Below, piece after piece: positions 58,055 through 64,000 of a stretch of DNA of 64,000 nucleotides (the first letter of the stretch is position 1; each line of letters opens with the position of its first letter). The DNA comes from a virus. The notes beneath the pieces are model-generated. The model was not told the origin of the DNA, ran no database searches, and was given only the letters and a program-made list of their open reading frames with translations. The translations under genes and the position numbers were made by a program. The stretch lies in the IMG/VR virus record IMGVR_UViG_3300033802_000277; one strand, given 5' to 3'.

Positions 58055-58323
58055 AACAATTCATAACCACACTTAATATCTATATCACCAAGATGATTTA
58101 TGTATTCGGTTTCAATCCATTTGCAGCAACCTTCTTTAATTGTCACAACACCATTAAATACTTCACCCGTTGCTGCAACCCAATCATGCAAATCATCAAT
58201 GGTTGCTAAACTATAATTCCGATCTATCTGGTTGGCATATTTTTCATTGGTAGTTAACAGCCATTCACAAATGTTACTGTTTTTGCTACTATTAACAATG
58301 CAGATAAATACTTTAACTTCCAT
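58051..58323 (-). CDS. Hypothetical protein divergent from the repressor
   Basis: 90 aa, RBS GAGAGGAG; promoter TTGCAA-17bp-TACTAT at 58391-58363. Confidence 0.6.
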   Translation of the reverse strand: MEVKVFICIVNSSKNSNICEWLLTTNEKYANQIDRNYSLATIDDLHDWVAATGEVFNGVVTIKEGCCKWIETEYINHLGDIDIKCGYELL

Positions 58324-58455
58324 TGCCGATTCTCCTCTCGTTTCTAAACCTTTGGTAGTTTTATAGTAGCACATACGTTCGTAAGTTGCAACACTTTTTT
58401 ATTATGTTGCGTGCAAGCAACACAAATGATATTATTATATATTGGGTGGTTTAAA

Positions 58456-59202
58456 ATGAATTTAAAGGAGTTTGGTGAATTCTTCGCAGAAATAAGAAAA
58501 AGAGAAGGATATAATTCGCAACGTGAACTAGCTGAGAAGTCAGGAGTTAACCATGCGACAATTAGTAGACTTGAATCTGGAACTACAAGAACCAGTCCTG
58601 AAATATTAGAGCAATTGTCAAAATGTTTTAAATACATCACGTATGAAGAATTGTTACGAAGAGCAGGATACTTAAATGAAGATGACTTGACGCATAAAAT
58701 AGAACAAATAAAAAAGAAAAGTGATTCTGTTATATCAAAAATTATGGAAGCATATAGAAAATCACAAGTTAAAAACAATTCGCTTCAACAAGACATTATT
58801 AATATTTATGATTCTAATATTGTTGAGATACCAATTTATGGAACAATCAAGGCTGGATATGATTTGATAGCCGAACAGAATATTATAGGATATGAGGTTG
58901 TTTCAAAAAAATTAGTTTCAGATGGTGAATATTTTTATTTAATAGTCAAAGGAGACAGTATGATCGGAGATGGTATAACAGATGGATGCAAAGTGCTTAT
59001 TCGTCGTCAAAATTATGTAGAGAATGGAAAAATAGGAGTGGTATTAATTGACGGAGAAGAAGCAACGCTTAAAAGAATTTACTACGAAGGGAACAATGTG
59101 ATACTGCAAGCGTCCAACCCTAAAGTTGAACCAAGGATTTTATCCTTAAATGATGTTATGATTCAAGGTCAAGTAAAAAGTTACATTGTGGATGTGGATT
59201 AG
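58456..59202 (+). CDS. CI/LexA-type repressor (XRE HTH plus S24 peptidase)
   Basis: SQRELAEKSGVNHATISRLESG; autocleavage site KAG; catalytic GDSM and TLKR. Confidence 0.9.
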   Translation: MNLKEFGEFFAEIRKREGYNSQRELAEKSGVNHATISRLESGTTRTSPEILEQLSKCFKYITYEELLRRAGYLNEDDLTHKIEQIKKKSDSVISKIMEAYRKSQVKNNSLQQDIINIYDSNIVEIPIYGTIKAGYDLIAEQNIIGYEVVSKKLVSDGEYFYLIVKGDSMIGDGITDGCKVLIRRQNYVENGKIGVVLIDGEEATLKRIYYEGNNVILQASNPKVEPRILSLNDVMIQGQVKSYIVDVD

Positions 59203-59587
59203 GGTGGCAAAGATATCTGTATATTATGATTATTTCAATGATAAATTATGTCCTATGTGGATGATAATTTGGTTTGGAAAAGGAAAAATACCGTGGGATA
59301 AAAATTATATTTATGTGCCAATAAATTGTCCTTTTAAAAGAAAAATGGCAGAAGAATTTGTAGACAATATGCTTAGTATTTCAATTGCAGCGGAAGAATT
59401 AACAGTAAATCCGCAAAGAGAAGGTTGTTTTGGAATACATCTTCCAACAGTTCTAAAAAGATTAAGTAAAACGAGGGGAGATATGGGGCCATACGATTTT
59501 AATGATATTGAACAGTTTATTATTCAAATTGGAGATATTGAGGAGATCCTTGCGATGGATAGATATTCAATATTCGCATGGAGATAA
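59186..59587 (+). CDS. Hypothetical protein co-transcribed with the repressor
   Basis: ~125-133 aa; start uncertain. Confidence 0.6.
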   Translation: MWMWIRVAKISVYYDYFNDKLCPMWMIIWFGKGKIPWDKNYIYVPINCPFKRKMAEEFVDNMLSISIAAEELTVNPQREGCFGIHLPTVLKRLSKTRGDMGPYDFNDIEQFIIQIGDIEEILAMDRYSIFAWR

Positions 59588-59612
59588 ACAAAAAACCTCC
59601 AATAAAGGAGGT

Positions 59613-60131
59613 TTAACTTATTTTTTCGATGTTACCATCCGCATCGACTTTATAAATTTTTTTATCTGGTTGTAATAAACCAAGTTTTCTGGCATTTTCA
59701 AAAATTTTGAGAAGCATTTTATAATCTTCGCTTAATTGTTGTTCAGGGTTCCTGAGAGCACTAATTTCCTTTTGAAGTTCCTTTATAATGTTGTCTTTTT
59801 CCGTTAATTCTGATCTTAATCTGGATATTTCTTCAATTAAATCTGATTCGATTATTGTAGAAAGAGATTTTTCGGGTTTAGATTTTTTATTTTTAGGCAA
59901 TTTGTTTTTAAGTTGTTTCTTTAAATTTTTTGCTTCAACAATTTCATTGGTGTATCTTTTTCTGACTTCAGCATTCCATCGGAATCTGCAAGCAGATGGT
60001 GTGCGGTTTAGTTTTTCACCTGCTATTTGAAATGCTTTCAATTGTGTTGAACCAGTTTTAATACATTCTAAGACCGTAGAAGCCAGTAATTCATCTTCTG
60101 CTGGATTCCAAGCGTCTGATCTATTTTTCAT
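59613..60131 (-). CDS. rsfA: RsfA/YlbO-family sporulation transcription regulator
   Basis: RSDAWNPAEDELLASTVL...GSTQLKAF...KLNRTPSACRFRWNAEVRKRY matches the RsfA N-terminal Myb-like domain; start could be 60140. Confidence 0.8.
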   Translation of the reverse strand: MKNRSDAWNPAEDELLASTVLECIKTGSTQLKAFQIAGEKLNRTPSACRFRWNAEVRKRYTNEIVEAKNLKKQLKNKLPKNKKSKPEKSLSTIIESDLIEEISRLRSELTEKDNIIKELQKEISALRNPEQQLSEDYKMLLKIFENARKLGLLQPDKKIYKVDADGNIEKIS

Positions 60132-60208
60132 ATTCCTCATTCACCTCAGTATCATTTTAATCCAATATGAGAAAAAATATTCAAAACAATTGAAAATATC
60201 TTGAAAAT

Positions 60209-60222
60209 CGAACGCCTGTTCC
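60209..60222. promoter_or_regulatory. LexA (SOS/Cheo) box next to the mazF promoter
   Basis: CGAACGCCTGTTCC (GAAC-N4-GTTC core intact); TTGTTA-17bp-TATAAT at 60224-60252. Confidence 0.6.
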
Positions 60223-60299
60223 CTTGTTAAATATACCAACATAAACTATAATCATAGTAGTAAATATTTTGTTTCTAAAAATAGAGGGAGAGGATATAG

Positions 60300-60719
60300 A
60301 TGATTGCAGTTGCAGAAAGGATGAGGCCAACTCGGAGTTATGAAATTCAAAAATTATACATTAAAAAATTAGATGTAAGACAATGGGATATTTGGATGGC
60401 TGATCTGTCAGGGGGTACAGTCGGTTCCGAACAATCAGGAAAAAGACCTGTGCTTGTACTTCAAAATGATATTGGTAACAAATTTAGCACAACAATTATT
60501 GTTGCAGCGATAACATCTCAAAATAAAACTAAACTTCCTACCCATGTTGAACTGAAAGCTGAAAGATATAATTTAGAAAAAGATTCAGTTATCATGTTAG
60601 AACAATTAAGAACGATTGACAAACTTAGACTGGAAGAGAAAATAACAACGCTTGATAATGAAGCAATAAATAAAGTATTGAATGCTCTCGATGTGTCGTT
60701 AGGAAGAAAAAGAGCATAA
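60300..60719 (+). CDS. mazF: MazF/PemK (NdoA-like) endoribonuclease, orphan
   Basis: ADLSGGTVGSEQSGKRPVLVLQNDIGNKFS...VAAIT...LPTHV...DSVIMLEQLRTIDK. Confidence 0.9.
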   Translation: MIAVAERMRPTRSYEIQKLYIKKLDVRQWDIWMADLSGGTVGSEQSGKRPVLVLQNDIGNKFSTTIIVAAITSQNKTKLPTHVELKAERYNLEKDSVIMLEQLRTIDKLRLEEKITTLDNEAINKVLNALDVSLGRKRA

Positions 60720-60840
60720 AATATTAATTTGAACTCGTATTTTGATACGGGTTTTTATTTTTTAAAAAGCAAATTATATAAATTAATTTAAAAATATTTG
60801 TGGAAAAAGTTAGTGGACGGTGGTATAATATTGCCAAAGG

Positions 60841-61326
60841 ATGAAATCGTTTGTGGGGCGATCTATTTTGAGGGAAAATTTAAACGTCAAACTGTTTGAA
60901 CGATATATCAAAGAACATTTTGGCGAAACACTCGCTATTTCTCCTGTTAACAGCATGACACCTTTTGTTGTAAGAATGCCTGACGGGACAGAGGAGTATA
61001 TCTTTGTTGTAAAAGCAGAAAGTTGGCTTTATGAACCGCTAAAAGGAAAGAGTATTAATGATGTAGTTCCGATGAGTGCAAAAGCATATTTGGAAAATGG
61101 TAATTTGATTTTTGGTTTTGATGTTCAACCTGATATCAGTCTTGAGTCTGAAATACCTAAAGAGAAAATTAAAGGATTCTTGCAGAGATTATATAAACAA
61201 GAAGTATTGACAGTTGTTATAGTGGATCATATAACAACCAATATTGTATGGTTGACGAATAATTTTCCATTTTGGCGAGTGAAAAGTCAATTTCGACCAT
61301 TATTTGATTATTTTGGAGTTAAGTAA
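60841..61326 (+). CDS. Hypothetical protein
   Basis: 161 aa ORF. Confidence 0.65.
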   Translation: MKSFVGRSILRENLNVKLFERYIKEHFGETLAISPVNSMTPFVVRMPDGTEEYIFVVKAESWLYEPLKGKSINDVVPMSAKAYLENGNLIFGFDVQPDISLESEIPKEKIKGFLQRLYKQEVLTVVIVDHITTNIVWLTNNFPFWRVKSQFRPLFDYFGVK

Positions 61327-61357
61327 AAAGAAATAATAGGAAAAAGAGGCAATTTCA

Positions 61358-61780
61358 ATGCTTACTAAGACTCAGAAAAATTTTAAAAAGAGAATGAAAC
61401 AGATTGAAAGAAAGTATAAAAATAAGGAAAAATTTTATAGCTATATACATGACAGATATATATCTAGTTATTATGAAAGATCGAAAGAAAATCGTAGTAT
61501 AATTAGGTGGTTAAACATTGCAAAATACTTTTTTATTGTTGTTGCGTTAATATTTGGATCAATTTTTTACTTTTTTGCTCCATATAGTAACATTACAGCA
61601 ATTCCGTTCACTTTAATGATTATTTCTATAATTCTTTTATTATTTGGTTTGATACATCCTTCGTTGGCTTTTTTTGATGGCAGATCACGAATAAGAGTGG
61701 TTATAGTTTATGGGTTTTCAATTTTCGTTTGGTTTTTTGTGTGTGCCATTACATTATTACAATATACGATAAAATCCTGA
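61358..61780 (+). CDS. Membrane protein (three hydrophobic segments)
   Basis: YFFIVVALIFGSIFYFF; IPFTLMIISIILLLFGLI; VVIVYGFSIFVWFFVCAITLL. Confidence 0.7.
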   Translation: MLTKTQKNFKKRMKQIERKYKNKEKFYSYIHDRYISSYYERSKENRSIIRWLNIAKYFFIVVALIFGSIFYFFAPYSNITAIPFTLMIISIILLLFGLIHPSLAFFDGRSRIRVVIVYGFSIFVWFFVCAITLLQYTIKS

Positions 61781-61799
61781 TTTTATGAGGGTGAAACTT

Positions 61800-61961
61800 A
61801 TGGGAAGATGGCAAGGTAATCATTTTAGTTGTCGTCAATGCGGAATATCTATAGGTACCTTTAGAAAGGATCAAGAAACAGGCAAGAAGATTCCTGTATA
61901 TAATGAAAAACATTGTGGTGATGGTCAATATTGCAAATCATGTAAACCAATAAAAAACTGA
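61800..61961 (+). CDS. 53-aa Zn-finger protein
   Basis: FSCRQCG...YCKSCK, RBS GAGGGTGA. Confidence 0.5.
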   Translation: MGRWQGNHFSCRQCGISIGTFRKDQETGKKIPVYNEKHCGDGQYCKSCKPIKN

Positions 61962-61990
61962 TTTTATTGAATAATAAGGAGGAGAATTTT

Positions 61991-62158
61991 ATGAGTGGAC
62001 TAAGAGAAATTTATGATAAGAAAGCTGAAGAAGAGGCTTATTGGAGACAACAAGCAAAGAATGAAACAATTAAAAGAATGATGGAAAAACTTAATAAATA
62101 TGATGACGATACAAGAAGATTATTAGAGGTAATATACGATGAATTCAAGCGATATTAA
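61991..62158 (+). CDS. Hypothetical protein
   Basis: 55 aa with RBS AAGGAGG. Confidence 0.55.
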   Translation: MSGLREIYDKKAEEEAYWRQQAKNETIKRMMEKLNKYDDDTRRLLEVIYDEFKRY

Positions 62159-62399
62159 TGGTAAGATATTGAAGTTAAATCATACTTATTTACAGCTTTC
62201 TATTTTAGGTTCGGGTAAAGAGATTAAACTTGATCCTTTAGAGATTAGATCAATTGATTTTTATTTCGATGTAATGCGAATAGAAATTTTTTATCAAAAT
62301 CTTGACACGCTAATTTTACAAGATAATCATCCTTCAACTTTAGAACTAATGAAAAAATGGGCAGAACTAGAAGGAGTTAAGTATAGAATTAACCATTAA
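62139..62399 (+). CDS. Hypothetical protein
   Basis: 86 aa overlapping the upstream gene. Confidence 0.55.
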   Translation: MNSSDINGKILKLNHTYLQLSILGSGKEIKLDPLEIRSIDFYFDVMRIEIFYQNLDTLILQDNHPSTLELMKKWAELEGVKYRINH

Positions 62400-62438
62400 A
62401 AGACTGGTTTTATCAGGATATGAAACGGAGGTTATGAT

Positions 62439-62729
62439 TTGAAAGTTAAACAATCAGATTTGAACAAATTAGCAAGAAAAATCGCAAAAGCAAATGAAGC
62501 ATTATGGGATGCAATTGGATATATTGGGGAAGTTTTAAATGATGACTTGTATATAGAAATTTCAAGTGATTACAAAGAACATAATGATTTATTAAAAAAG
62601 TTGGCAGTATCTTATGATAGATTAAATAAAAAATTTGATGGTTTTGCTGATGCCAGTTTGCATAATAGAGATTTTGACGATTTTGATGAATTAGCAAGAC
62701 GAATAGATGAAGTTCTTGAAAATGAATAA
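62439..62729 (+). CDS. Hypothetical protein
   Basis: 96 aa with RBS GGAGG. Confidence 0.65.
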   Translation: MKVKQSDLNKLARKIAKANEALWDAIGYIGEVLNDDLYIEISSDYKEHNDLLKKLAVSYDRLNKKFDGFADASLHNRDFDDFDELARRIDEVLENE

Positions 62730-62762
62730 AACCTGAATTTCATATGAAATGGAGGTTATTAA

Positions 62763-63182
62763 ATGTTAAAGGATTTGGATATTGAAGAAATTCAAGCGTT
62801 CTTTCGTGACTTGCTTTCAAAAGATACTGGAAAATTTCAATTAGCACAAATTTATGGAATGGCAAAAGCATGGCAAGAACAGAGAGAAAGAGAAGAATCA
62901 ATAGAAAAACAGATCGAAAGAAGAACTCGTAGAGTTATTAAAACAACAATAATTTCGGATGATTTAGCAATTGTTGAAGCAGAAGTTACAATCAATAATT
63001 CAAAAGAAACATCGTATTACCCTGTTGTTAATGGTAAATTTCATAACGAATCAAGAATGACTTTTGACGAAGCATTACTTCTTGGTTTTTGCAGAAAATA
63101 TAACAATGAACATTTTGATTTAGCAATTTATAATATGCTGAGAATGGATTTGAAACAACGGGAGAATTCCAATAAAAACTGA
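62763..63182 (+). CDS. Hypothetical protein
   Basis: 139 aa with RBS GGAGG. Confidence 0.7.
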   Translation: MLKDLDIEEIQAFFRDLLSKDTGKFQLAQIYGMAKAWQEQREREESIEKQIERRTRRVIKTTIISDDLAIVEAEVTINNSKETSYYPVVNGKFHNESRMTFDEALLLGFCRKYNNEHFDLAIYNMLRMDLKQRENSNKN

Positions 63183-63217
63183 CTTTTATTATTCGAGAAG
63201 GTGTGGATTAATATAAT

Positions 63218-63658
63218 ATGGAATATATCAATCACATTACGCTCAATACAGGACATAAAAGAAAATCGTATCCTCAAGAAATAGATAAAAGAATATATTT
63301 TGTATTAAACAGAATTTACAAAGATATGTTTAAAAGTAAGGTAGAGATTTTTAAAGGATATACAGCAAAAGCTACTAATGATCCAAGTAATGGAATATTA
63401 ATAACAATTTTTAGTCCAAAAGATGAACCGATCCTTACAACTGGAATAACAAAACTAAAAAATAGTGTAATTTGGGAACTTTTACATACTTCGAGCGCAC
63501 TTCCTTTGCAAACTAATCCAAAATTTCCTCCAGAAGTTCCCTATATTGCTGATCGAATAGAAATTGGTGCTGCGCTGAATATGGACGCTATGCGCTGGAC
63601 TGGTGATTTTTCTAGGTGTATGGGATGGATTTATCTTGCTCCAGAAAAAATAAGGTAA
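63218..63658 (+). CDS. Hypothetical protein
   Basis: 146 aa ORF. Confidence 0.7.
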   Translation: MEYINHITLNTGHKRKSYPQEIDKRIYFVLNRIYKDMFKSKVEIFKGYTAKATNDPSNGILITIFSPKDEPILTTGITKLKNSVIWELLHTSSALPLQTNPKFPPEVPYIADRIEIGAALNMDAMRWTGDFSRCMGWIYLAPEKIR

Positions 63659-63686
63659 TGTAGGTGATAATAAGGAAGATGTATCT

Positions 63687-63865
63687 ATGTATTGTCCTAA
63701 TTGTAAAATTTATACTACACTAGTACAGGAGAGCATAAGGATTGCGGCACAAAAATTATAACTGGTTGTCATGATAATGTAGACATAAATTTTGAGGGAT
63801 ATATAGAAAAACAAAAGAATGGGACATATAGATATGTTAAAATTGAATATGTTAAAATTGAATAA
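63687..63865 (+). pseudogene. Frameshifted Cys-rich mini-gene
   Basis: MYCPNCKIYTTL / STGEHKDCGTKIITGCH...VKIE*. Confidence 0.45.
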
Positions 63866-63904
63866 TAAAGGTTTTATTTTTATTATATGAAAGGAGTGCA
63901 ATTG

Positions 63905-64000
63905 ATGCCAGAAGTAACGGTTGAATGGTTAGAAAAACAAGCAAAACAACTTGTTAAAAAATATTGGAACATTAAACATATTCCAAATATAGTAATCGAT
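63905..64000 (+). CDS. Partial gene running off the window
   Basis: RBS AAAGGAG; MPEVTVEWLEKQAKQL... Confidence 0.5.
   Translation, partial: MPEVTVEWLEKQAKQLVKKYWNIKHIPNIVID

Noticed and set aside
31164-64000. Arbitrium (aimR/aimP), YonO RNA polymerase, reverse transcriptase/DGR, tRNA or intron
   Set aside because: No TPR receptor/peptide pair, polymerase motifs, YxDD RT, cloverleaf or intron core was recognised in this window; they may lie outside it.

Overview
The whole window is part of a large SPbeta-like temperate siphophage (probably a prophage) of an AT-rich, spore-forming Bacillota host. Bases 1-31 kb (minus strand) hold an apparently intact virion morphogenesis operon: tail endopeptidase/spike (runs off the left edge), a split distal-tail gene, tape measure, tail, head, portal, terminase, a metallophosphoesterase, PhoH and HU. 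Bases 31-36 kb (plus strand) hold a tyrosine-recombinase-like protein, a RecD2-like helicase, an iteron-like origin and a probable initiator. After about 1.2 kb of ORF-free, G-skewed DNA, a consensus SigA promoter at 37.4 kb opens a long array of small accessory genes. The start of this array is dense in RNA and DNA signals. These include a ~350-nt GC-rich structured leader, two parS sites, a hammerhead-like ribozyme with a non-canonical core, three pistol ribozymes and a family of covarying intergenic hairpins. Further right, many small genes are joined by a TAAAA-N6-TTTTA palindrome overlapping or following the stop codon, which resembles a recombinase-built cassette array. Also present are a LexA/CI-type repressor, an RsfA-like sporulation regulator, a ClpX-zinc-finger mimic, an orphan MazF behind an SOS box, and about ten small genes disrupted by stops or frameshifts. 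All family assignments come from motif recognition by eye; no database searches or folding programs were run.
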